This document shows positions 25,328 to 33,837 of a stretch of 64,000 bases of DNA, piece after piece; position 1 is the first letter of the stretch; each line of letters starts with the position of its first letter. Both the position numbers and the translations under genes were made by a program. The stretch is from a virus: the IMG/VR virus record IMGVR_UViG_3300034093_003283; one strand, written 5' to 3'. The notes beneath the pieces are model-generated. The model had not been told where the DNA came from and ran no database searches. It saw only the letters and a program-made list of their open reading frames with translations.

Positions 25328-26387
25328 AGTTAGAATGTCGGAGAGAGCTCCGGAAGAAGTTGGTAAAGTTTTACTATCCGGATTTATTGGCCAAGGTTCA
25401 AAAGTTGAAGAATTTGAAACTGCTTTACAAAAAGAATTAAAAACCAGTCAAAGACCGGTAACAATAAATTCTTGCACCTCAGCAATTGATTTGGCTCTAC
25501 ATCTATGTGGTGTACAACCTGGTGATGAAGTTATTGCAACTCCACAAACTTGTTTTGCTTCACAAGTGGGTATCATTCATCGGCACGCTAGAATTAGATG
25601 GGCAGATATTGACCCTGTAACCGGACTAATGGATCCAGAATCTGCTAGGAAATTGGTTAACGAAAAAACAAAAGCAATTGTTGCAGTTAATTGGGCAGGT
25701 AGAATTTGTGATTTTAAAACACTAAAGTCATTTGGTGTTCCTGTTATTGAAGATGCTGCACATACATGGGATTCTTTTCTGGAAGAAAAACCTGAACGTG
25801 GTGATTACATTTGTTATAGTCTACAAGCAATTAAGTTTTTAACAAGTGCTGATGGTGGTCTTTTGGTTTGTCCAAATGAAGAAAAAACAGAAGAAGCTAA
25901 AATTCTTAGATGGTATGGTTTAGACAGAACTAAATCAGAATCATTTAGGTGTACACAAAATATTAAAAGAGCTGGCCACAAATATCATATGAATGATGTT
26001 AATGCTATGATTGGTTTATGTAACATCCCAGAAGCCAGAGAATCCGTGTTACAACAAAGACAAAATGCAAAATTTCTTATTGAGAATGTTAAGAATCCAA
26101 ATTTAATAATGCCAACATATGATGAAACTTGTTCATTTTGGTTGTTAAGTATGCATGTCTTATCTGGAAGAAAAGCAGAATTTATAAAATATTTGGAAAC
26201 CAATGGTATTGTTTCCAGTCCAGTACACTTTAGAAATGACATGTACGATTCAACAATTCAATTCAAAGAAGGTGAATTGCCTGGTGTTACCAGTTTTGAT
26301 GCATCTCAAACCTGTGTTCCTATTGGTTGGTGGTTGAGTGAATCTGATTTGCTTAAAATTGTAGATGTAATGAATAAATTTAATTGA
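25311..26387 (+). CDS. DegT/DnrJ/EryC1/StrS sugar aminotransferase
   Basis: NSCTSAI, IEDAAH, SLQAIK (PLP Lys). Confidence 0.92.
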   Translation: MIQLFKVRMSERAPEEVGKVLLSGFIGQGSKVEEFETALQKELKTSQRPVTINSCTSAIDLALHLCGVQPGDEVIATPQTCFASQVGIIHRHARIRWADIDPVTGLMDPESARKLVNEKTKAIVAVNWAGRICDFKTLKSFGVPVIEDAAHTWDSFLEEKPERGDYICYSLQAIKFLTSADGGLLVCPNEEKTEEAKILRWYGLDRTKSESFRCTQNIKRAGHKYHMNDVNAMIGLCNIPEARESVLQQRQNAKFLIENVKNPNLIMPTYDETCSFWLLSMHVLSGRKAEFIKYLETNGIVSSPVHFRNDMYDSTIQFKEGELPGVTSFDASQTCVPIGWWLSESDLLKIVDVMNKFN

Positions 26388-27124
26388 TGGCTTCTTTATC
26401 ATTTTACATTCCTGGATTTTACGAAGAAGCTTCAATTGAAGTTATTAAAAGTATACGTAAATTTTATCCAGAAAACACTATTATTATATCTTCCGATTCT
26501 GGTCCTAACTATTATGATGTTTCAAAAGAATACAATTGTAATTTTCAATATTACGATTATCATATAGGATATTCCGTAAAACCTTACGGCCTAACAAAGT
26601 ACAAAGCTTTAGAATTTCTTAAAAGATTTTATGTTGCTTGCCTTTTATCCAAAGAAACACATATAATGTGTGCTGAAGATGATATTACTTTATTGGGTAA
26701 AGTTCATATAGAAGATTCTTGGGAATTATATGCACATCCAGTAACAAATTGGGTACCAGAGTTTTTATTGGATTTTTGTAAACAAGTTTCTGGTGTTTAT
26801 CCATCTAGGCCATATTACGGTGCCGGCGGAGGCACCATCTTTAAAGTCGATACATTCATACAAAATTACTTTTTCATAGTAAATATATTCGAACAACACT
26901 ATGAAGAAATACAAAAACATTATCCAACTTTTGGTTACTATGATTGTTTTTTGACGATATTCTATTTCTTATGTGGAAAAGAATATGTAATCAATAATGG
27001 CATATTCGAAATTAAGCCATTCAACAAAAATTTCGATCTTTCTACTGTGGATAGTACAAAATATCCCATAGTACATCTTTACAAAAATCATTATCCCAAA
27101 GATTACGGAGGCTTTTTATGGTGA
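26384..27124 (+). CDS. glycosyltransferase-like protein
   Basis: SIRKFYP, EDD; cluster context. Confidence 0.55.
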   Translation: MMASLSFYIPGFYEEASIEVIKSIRKFYPENTIIISSDSGPNYYDVSKEYNCNFQYYDYHIGYSVKPYGLTKYKALEFLKRFYVACLLSKETHIMCAEDDITLLGKVHIEDSWELYAHPVTNWVPEFLLDFCKQVSGVYPSRPYYGAGGGTIFKVDTFIQNYFFIVNIFEQHYEEIQKHYPTFGYYDCFLTIFYFLCGKEYVINNGIFEIKPFNKNFDLSTVDSTKYPIVHLYKNHYPKDYGGFLW

Positions 27125-27651
27125 ACACATATATTACATTACACAAATGTCCAGGTTTCGGACTTACAGAACTTCTATCAAATAAGATTGATGTTGTTGG
27201 TCTTGAAATTGGTTGTGATGTTGCTGCAACAACTGAATATTTATTGGAAACTCTTCCGAGTTTAACATTACATTCTATTGATCCATATACACAATATATG
27301 GATTGGAATGGCACAATTGTTCCTAGTCGTGAAAATGATTATCAGACTGCCATGAATAAATTGAAAAAATATGGCAAACGATTCTTTATGCATAAAAAAG
27401 ATTCTGCTGTATGTTATGATGAATTCGAAGATGGTTTCTTTGATTTTATTTTTGTTGACGGTATACACACATATGATGGAGTAATGTCAGATTGTATGAA
27501 ATATTATTCTAAAGTTAAACCTGGAGGCATCTTTTCTGGCCACGATTTCAGTATGATACCTGATGTTAACAGAGCGGTCAATGAGTTTGCAGCTTTACAT
27601 GGTAAACAAATATTGAACACAGAAGTTGATGTTTGGTATTGGTACAAATAA
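27118..27651 (+). CDS. class I SAM methyltransferase (Methyltransf_24-like)
   Basis: LEIG, DFIFVDGIH, KPGGIFSGHD. Confidence 0.85.
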   Translation: MVNTYITLHKCPGFGLTELLSNKIDVVGLEIGCDVAATTEYLLETLPSLTLHSIDPYTQYMDWNGTIVPSRENDYQTAMNKLKKYGKRFFMHKKDSAVCYDEFEDGFFDFIFVDGIHTYDGVMSDCMKYYSKVKPGGIFSGHDFSMIPDVNRAVNEFAALHGKQILNTEVDVWYWYK

Positions 27652-27653
27652 AA

Positions 27654-28463
27654 ATGAAAAAATACATATATTATCACATATATCTGACAGATGAAACTGG
27701 ATGTTGGTATAATTTATTCTTAGATCAATTGTATGATGTTATTGATTCTGGTCTATATGACAATATAGAAAAGATGTATGTTGTTTGTATTGGCCGCAGA
27801 AGTGAGATAGAATTATTTGCGGGCATATGTAATTGTTATCACAAGATTGAAATTTTAAATAAGCTTTATCTAGATGAGGATAAAGTAGAGGATTTGTCAT
27901 TGGCATACACCTCCACTGTTGATTATGAAAAAAATAATTTACATGATGAAACTTCAACAATGTGTCATTTACAAGAACATGCAAAAAGAGAAGATGCACA
28001 GTTCTTATACTTCCACTCAAAAGGAGTTACAGCTGCATGGAGAATGAAGGTGGAAAGACACTCACAAGCTTTCATTAATTATTACCTATGGAGAAAATTC
28101 TTGGCTTGGGGATGTATTGAAAACTGGAGAATTTGTACAGAAAAATTAGAGAACCATTCTTGCGCCGGTGTTAATTTTGGTTCATGGCCTGTACCTCATT
28201 ATTCTGGTACATTTTGGTGGACAAAATCTGAATATGTTAGAAAACTACCAAACATTAAAGAAAATGATTGGTGGACAAACTTAATGAAAACTACACCATT
28301 GAACACCTATGATTCCAACAGAGGTAAACCAGAGATGTGGATTGGCACACGCTTTGATAATGATTTTTATAATATTATTAGTTCAAGTATAATGCCACCA
28401 CAAGGAACACCAATACAAAATCATTGGCCAAGGTCAAAATATGAAGGTGCTGTTAATAAATGA
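27654..28463 (+). CDS. glycosyltransferase-like hypothetical protein
   Basis: LYFHSKG, HYSGTFWW, EMWIG. Confidence 0.6.
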   Translation: MKKYIYYHIYLTDETGCWYNLFLDQLYDVIDSGLYDNIEKMYVVCIGRRSEIELFAGICNCYHKIEILNKLYLDEDKVEDLSLAYTSTVDYEKNNLHDETSTMCHLQEHAKREDAQFLYFHSKGVTAAWRMKVERHSQAFINYYLWRKFLAWGCIENWRICTEKLENHSCAGVNFGSWPVPHYSGTFWWTKSEYVRKLPNIKENDWWTNLMKTTPLNTYDSNRGKPEMWIGTRFDNDFYNIISSSIMPPQGTPIQNHWPRSKYEGAVNK

Positions 28464-29158
28464 AAAACATTTTTATAGTTACCTCATGTTTACAACCATC
28501 TTTCCAAGGATACAATGTAATTAATTTTGAAGATCGTTACACACAAACTATTGAGACTTTCGATAGTGTCAGAAGGCAAACGAAAGATTCTTTGATTGTA
28601 TTTTCAGATAGTTCTGTGCATCCATTGGATGATTGGAAAATGGATGTCATAAAATCCAAGGTTGATATATTTCTTGATTTCAGTAAAAATGAACAAGCTC
28701 AAGAGATTAATAAACATGGATTAAAAAGTGTAGGTGAAAACTTTCTATTATTAAGTAGTATACATCACCTAAAAAGTCTTTATGATTTTACAACTATGCA
28801 AGGCCGAATGTTTAAATTGGGTGCAAGAGTAAATTTACAAGATTCTTTTGATTTAAAAGATTATGATAATTGTTATGGTAAATATGTATTTAAAAAAAGG
28901 TTAAACAGCTGGATGCCAGAAGAAATACAAAATTCATATGGTTCCACACACATACTGGAAACCAGACTATATTCATGGTGTTTTTCTTTAATTGATGAAT
29001 ATATTCAAGTTATACATAAAAATTTTGAATTGTTCAATAGAGGTCTAGATACAGAACACTCACATCTAATTAACATTCCTTCAGACAAATTATTGGAATA
29101 TGATATGGTAAACACTGGATGTGTTTTGGCTCTGAATGGTGAATATATGTTGGATTGA
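28460..29158 (+). CDS. hypothetical protein of the sugar-modification cluster
   Basis: Coupled ORF; RYTQT, FKLGAR. Confidence 0.6.
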   Translation: MKNIFIVTSCLQPSFQGYNVINFEDRYTQTIETFDSVRRQTKDSLIVFSDSSVHPLDDWKMDVIKSKVDIFLDFSKNEQAQEINKHGLKSVGENFLLLSSIHHLKSLYDFTTMQGRMFKLGARVNLQDSFDLKDYDNCYGKYVFKKRLNSWMPEEIQNSYGSTHILETRLYSWCFSLIDEYIQVIHKNFELFNRGLDTEHSHLINIPSDKLLEYDMVNTGCVLALNGEYMLD

Positions 29159-29213
29159 GCATTATATATCTAATCGAATAATTCAAAAAACCGTAATGTA
29201 ACTTAAAAAGTTG

Positions 29214-29221
29214 TATAAATA
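29214..29221 (+). promoter_or_regulatory. T4-type late promoter
   Basis: TATAAATA upstream of the internal-protein cluster. Confidence 0.7.
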
Positions 29222-29265
29222 ACCTCACGGGCAACCAAAGTGTGTTGCGTTTCTATAGGTAAACA

Positions 29266-30468
29266 ATGTTATCTTTCAAGAGCTTTTTAACCGAACAAGA
29301 GGATCCCGATGAGGGCGCCAGCCGTCAGATTAAACACCTGACGCATGTGGAAGACCGTCCCCTACAAACAGGTGAAAAAGGCACAGCACATGCTATCAAG
29401 TCATTGACAGCTTCAGCTGAACACATCAAGGCAGGTAAGAAGACTTCCGAACTTACCACAAAATATGATGGTTCACCTGCACTTGTTTATGGTCACCATC
29501 CAACCACTGGTAAATTCTTTGTTGCATCCAAATCAGCTTTCAACAAGACACCAAAGATTAACTATACACCAAAAGACATTGATAAGAACCACGGACACGC
29601 ACCTGGCCTAGCTGCCAAGTTAAAAGATGCGCTGACTCATTTGTTCAAGACTTCACCTAAACAAGGTGTTTATCAAGGTGATATGATGTTTGGTACCGAC
29701 AAGGGTGATAAACAACAAGAGAAAAATGGCGGACATTCTTTCCATCCAAATCCGTCTGGTCTAACTTATACTGCTCACGGCCAACATGCTGCCGATGTTA
29801 AGAAAGCAAAAATTGGTGTTGTGACACACTTGTCATATCAAGGTAAAGATGCAGGCAATTTAAATGTATCACACGAAGTTGACCATGAAAACTTCAAGAA
29901 ACATCCAGATGTATTCTCAGTTGATCCAAGAATGGACACAGCAAAAGTTCATTTCAGTCCAGAAGAACAAAAGAAATTCAACAAACATATTGCAATGGCT
30001 CAATCGGTACATGACACCCATGGTGATGACATGTATGCTGGTACAAAAGCACATCATGGAGTTGGTGGTTCATTGGAAACCTATATGAATCATACAGTTA
30101 GAACAAGTGAAGAACCCAATCATCAAAACTTTAAGAATTGGTTAGAAACCGATACAAATAAAAAAATTGATAAACTTAAAGTTGAAAAGAATCGTACAGC
30201 CAAACAAGCTGATCTTAAAGCTGAACTTGGTAAAATTGAAAGAAATAAAAAACACTATAACAATGTATTTAAAATGCATGGCCATTTACAAAAGGCCAAA
30301 GATACTCTCATTGGTGTTATGAATCAACACCAAGAATTTCAACACTCACATGCCGGTGAAGATGCTAATCCAGAAGGATATGTTTTCCATCACAATAACG
30401 AATCGGACAAATTTGTTAATCGTGCGGAATTCTCTAAGAGAAATTTTGCTGGGATCAGAAACATATGA
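29266..30468 (+). CDS. ligase-like nucleotidyltransferase-fold protein with a capsid-targeting-like N-terminus
   Basis: MLSFKSFLTE; TKYDGSP (KxDG), QGD, EGYV, KFVNR. Confidence 0.6.
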   Translation: MLSFKSFLTEQEDPDEGASRQIKHLTHVEDRPLQTGEKGTAHAIKSLTASAEHIKAGKKTSELTTKYDGSPALVYGHHPTTGKFFVASKSAFNKTPKINYTPKDIDKNHGHAPGLAAKLKDALTHLFKTSPKQGVYQGDMMFGTDKGDKQQEKNGGHSFHPNPSGLTYTAHGQHAADVKKAKIGVVTHLSYQGKDAGNLNVSHEVDHENFKKHPDVFSVDPRMDTAKVHFSPEEQKKFNKHIAMAQSVHDTHGDDMYAGTKAHHGVGGSLETYMNHTVRTSEEPNHQNFKNWLETDTNKKIDKLKVEKNRTAKQADLKAELGKIERNKKHYNNVFKMHGHLQKAKDTLIGVMNQHQEFQHSHAGEDANPEGYVFHHNNESDKFVNRAEFSKRNFAGIRNI

Positions 30469-32267
30469 AAAAGTTTTTAGAAAAAATACAAGAAGATGCA
30501 CAGACGCATACACCTGCGGTAATGGCATTTGGTCGGATGAATCCTCCAACTATTGGCCATGAGAAATTGGTTGATAAGGTAAAGCAGATAGCAAAAGACT
30601 ATAAAGCACCGCACCATATTATTGTTTCACATTCTATGGATGCAAAGAAGAACCCACTAGACACCACAAGCAAAATCAAACACGCAAAGAGATTCTTTCC
30701 TGGTGCAAATATAACTTCATCCAGTAAAGAGAAACCAACTTTCTTGCAACACGCTGCAGCATTACATGCAGCTGGCCACGATCACTTGATAATGGTTGCA
30801 GGTTCAGATAGAACCTCTGAGTATGAACAAAAACTAAATCAATACAACGGTGAAGGTCCAGGCAAACTATTCAACTTTAAAAAGATTGAAGTTAAGTCTG
30901 CTGGCCAGCGTGATCCTGATGCCGAAGGTGCAGAAGGTATGTCAGCCTCCAAGATGCGTGAACATGCAAAGAGTGGTGACTTCAACTCCTTCAAACAAGG
31001 TGTACCAGCACACGTACCTGAGAAACATGCAAAAGAATTGTTCCGTGATGTTCGTAAAGGTATGGGTATAAATGAGAATTACAATCGTGGTCTTTTCAGA
31101 GCCATATTTGTGACAGGTGGTCCTGGTTCTGGTAAAGACATTATCATTCGTGAAGCAATTCCAGAAACTAAGGCTGTAGAATTGAATTCAGTACAGGCTT
31201 TCGAATATCTAATGGATAAACAAAAGTTATCTGAAAAGACAAATGACCACCGCAGAGAAGCAATCCGCAATCGTGGCCCATTGATTATTAATGGACCGGC
31301 AGATGACCACTCCAGAATACTTACCATCAAAGAAGAACTAGAAGAATTAGGTTATAGTACCACTATGGTATTTGTTGACACAACCAACGAAGCCAGTAAA
31401 GAGAGAAATGAAAGATTGACAAAAACACTTGCCGAATCAATTAGATATGATAAGTGGAAACTTGCACAGACAAGTAAGCAAGCATACATTCAAAACTTTC
31501 AGAATTTTATGGAATTCAATAACAGTACTACATTAGATGAAATTGAAGAAGATATTTCTGACACTTACGAAAAAATAAATACATTTATTGAGAACAGAAA
31601 ATTTAATGAAATTGCGTTCTCTTGGTTGGAAAATCACGGTAAATATAATATAACTGACTCTGTTTTTAAGGAAGATGAAAATGTTAAAAAGAATTTTAGA
31701 TTTGTTGAAAATTACAAAACCAAGCGCACCGGTACAGGACAAGCATCCACTGGACATCCAAAAGTATCAGCCGGAACAGGCCCCAGTGCAGACGGTCCAA
31801 GTGACATTACCCCAGACAATCGTGCAGGAGACTCCAACGCCGACAATATCAAGTGGGACAGAAACGCCAAGCGTGGAGGTTACACCTTCAGAACCTACAC
31901 CGAAGACTCCGGCCCCACAGTTAAAGTCTACCCAGCCCCGAAAGAAAGCAACTTCAGCAAAGACAAAGAAAAAATAAAGAAAAAAGGCTTGGTTGATTCT
32001 CCTACTGTTAGTCAGAGGATGAGGAATGTTTCAGGAATCAGCCAAGAATTTGATACTCGCCAACAGGGAACAGTATACCCTATGTCTGGTCTTGGCGATG
32101 TGACATATAGAGAACAAGTCGATTTTAAACGATTTAGAGAATCATTTAATGATCCATCGGATTCCGAAATGGGAGTAGCTGGTGTTTTAGGTGGTTCTAC
32201 AAATAAAGAGCCAATGGAAAATCCAAACGATAAGATGGGTTACTTTAACAAGAAGAAAAAGAAATGA
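30465..32267 (+). CDS. cytidylyltransferase/NMNAT-like domain fused to a P-loop kinase
   Basis: FGRMNPPTIGH, AGSDR, MSASKMR; GGPGSGKD. Confidence 0.8.
   Translation: MKKFLEKIQEDAQTHTPAVMAFGRMNPPTIGHEKLVDKVKQIAKDYKAPHHIIVSHSMDAKKNPLDTTSKIKHAKRFFPGANITSSSKEKPTFLQHAAALHAAGHDHLIMVAGSDRTSEYEQKLNQYNGEGPGKLFNFKKIEVKSAGQRDPDAEGAEGMSASKMREHAKSGDFNSFKQGVPAHVPEKHAKELFRDVRKGMGINENYNRGLFRAIFVTGGPGSGKDIIIREAIPETKAVELNSVQAFEYLMDKQKLSEKTNDHRREAIRNRGPLIINGPADDHSRILTIKEELEELGYSTTMVFVDTTNEASKERNERLTKTLAESIRYDKWKLAQTSKQAYIQNFQNFMEFNNSTTLDEIEEDISDTYEKINTFIENRKFNEIAFSWLENHGKYNITDSVFKEDENVKKNFRFVENYKTKRTGTGQASTGHPKVSAGTGPSADGPSDITPDNRAGDSNADNIKWDRNAKRGGYTFRTYTEDSGPTVKVYPAPKESNFSKDKEKIKKKGLVDSPTVSQRMRNVSGISQEFDTRQQGTVYPMSGLGDVTYREQVDFKRFRESFNDPSDSEMGVAGVLGGSTNKEPMENPNDKMGYFNKKKKK
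31681..31977 (+). CDS. nested out-of-frame Pro/Thr/Lys-rich protein
   Basis: AAGGAAG SD 6 nt before ATG; amphipathic N-terminus and basic tail. Confidence 0.45.
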   Translation: MLKRILDLLKITKPSAPVQDKHPLDIQKYQPEQAPVQTVQVTLPQTIVQETPTPTISSGTETPSVEVTPSEPTPKTPAPQLKSTQPRKKATSAKTKKK

Positions 32268-32476
32268 AAAAATTCACAGAGTTTGTCAAAGAATCGACAC
32301 CAGCAACACAGCAACATGACGCTCAGGAATTGAAGCGTCAAAAAACCCATTTGATGAATAAATCAAAAGAGTATTCTGACCAGGCTGAAAAAGAGAAACA
32401 CTTTGGCCACGGCGGAGCAGCGGAAGCTAAAGGTGAAACAATGGCCCAGGCCGCACAAAATGTTAAAAAGTTTTAA
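32264..32476 (+). CDS. putative internal head protein
   Basis: MKKFTEFVKE N-terminus. Confidence 0.65.
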   Translation: MKKFTEFVKESTPATQQHDAQELKRQKTHLMNKSKEYSDQAEKEKHFGHGGAAEAKGETMAQAAQNVKKF

Positions 32477-32765
32477 AGAATTCATGATAGAAACTGCCGC
32501 ATGGCAGCGTTCTGCTGGAAAAAATCCAGATGGTGGCTTAAATAGAAAAGGTATTGCATCTTATCGTGCAGAAAATCCTGGTTCAAAATTGTCGATGGCT
32601 GTTACAACAAAACCATCAAAATTAAAACCTGGATCTAAGGCAGCAAATAGACGTAAATCCTTTTGTGCTAGAATGTCGGGAATGAAAAAGAGATTAACTT
32701 CTGCGGCAACCGCCAAGGATCCAGATTCAAGAATCAATAAATCACTACGCAAGTGGAATTGCTAA
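32460..32765 (+). CDS. putative internal head protein (basic)
   Basis: MLKSFKEFMIE; RRKSFCARM. Confidence 0.7.
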   Translation: MLKSFKEFMIETAAWQRSAGKNPDGGLNRKGIASYRAENPGSKLSMAVTTKPSKLKPGSKAANRRKSFCARMSGMKKRLTSAATAKDPDSRINKSLRKWNC

Positions 32766-32780
32766 AAACGGAGAACAAAA

Positions 32781-33668
32781 ATGATAGACCTAAGAAAAAA
32801 AGATGACATGATTGCAGCAATTGAACAAATTCTTCAACAAGAAGCACTCAAGGGCAATCAACATTTAATTGATAAAAATAAAAACAACAAAGTTGATCCA
32901 GAAGATTTTAAAATTCTTCGTGGTGAAAAGAAAACTGTCAAAGAAGAAGAAACTGTTGATGAAGGCATCAAAGAACTTGCCAAGAAAGCTTTCAAAGCAG
33001 TTACTGGTGGTTCAGATGAAGACCAACGTAAAGACCTACAACGCAAGATGGGTCTACCACAAACTGGTAAGAAACCAACTCCTCAAAAAGAAGAAGTTGT
33101 TGATGAAAGCCTACTAGGCCAATTGAGAGATCGTGGTAATGTTGCTACAGGTCAAAAACAACAAGATCGTAAGAATTTTGATACAAATACTGGTGCTGCA
33201 TTAAAACCAAATAGCACAATTAGTGGTATTAGAGCTAAGATGCAAAACAAAGTCCAAGAGGAATCTGAACAAATTGATGAGTTGTCTAAAAGCACTCTTG
33301 GTTCTTATATTAAAAAAGCAGCTGCTGACTCCACAATTTCTCGTAAAATTGGAGCTGATTTTGAAAATCGAGCAAATTCAAAAAGAAGTCCTGCAATGAA
33401 AGATGCATCTACAGCACTTTCAGATAAGTTTAAATCCGATTCACGTAAACGTAAAGCTAATGTCGATAAAGCAGTTGATCGTTTAACAAAAGAAGAAAAA
33501 CAACCAAAAACTCTCCGTCAATTCAAAGAAGGCTGGGAAGAAATGATGGCCGATGTTAAGAAACGTGCAGAGCCAAAACCAAATGGTGGTTCAGGTGTCA
33601 AACAAGGTTCTCGTTACGGTGGTTCTAAACAAAAAGACACACCAGAACAGGACACAGAAAAAAAGTAA
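32781..33668 (+). CDS. modular internal head polyprotein-like protein
   Basis: Modules separated by KEEETVDE, KEEVVDE, EESEQIDE. Confidence 0.7.
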   Translation: MIDLRKKDDMIAAIEQILQQEALKGNQHLIDKNKNNKVDPEDFKILRGEKKTVKEEETVDEGIKELAKKAFKAVTGGSDEDQRKDLQRKMGLPQTGKKPTPQKEEVVDESLLGQLRDRGNVATGQKQQDRKNFDTNTGAALKPNSTISGIRAKMQNKVQEESEQIDELSKSTLGSYIKKAAADSTISRKIGADFENRANSKRSPAMKDASTALSDKFKSDSRKRKANVDKAVDRLTKEEKQPKTLRQFKEGWEEMMADVKKRAEPKPNGGSGVKQGSRYGGSKQKDTPEQDTEKK

Positions 33669-33829
33669 CTGAGGCAAAAGGACCAACCAGTCAGGAAGAC
33701 GGACCTTTTGTCTCTAACATCAATGATGCAGAAGATTTGAAGCCATTGAATCACGCAAGATACTTGGCCAAAAAATCTTTGAAAAGAGTTAAGAACGAAA
33801 TGATGGGTAAAGCAGGTACATCAGAATAA
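33659..33829 (+). other. programmed -1 frameshift site and 54-codon extension
   Basis: A_AAA_AAG, 5-nt spacer, 11-bp stem; -1 frame open to TAA 33827-33829. Confidence 0.75.
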
Positions 33830-33837
33830 GGTAAAAA

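Noticed and set aside
32403-32476. Frameshift joining ORFs 32264-32476 and 32403-32765
   Set aside because: The second ORF has its own ATG at 32460 with a capsid-targeting-like start, so a simple overlap suffices.
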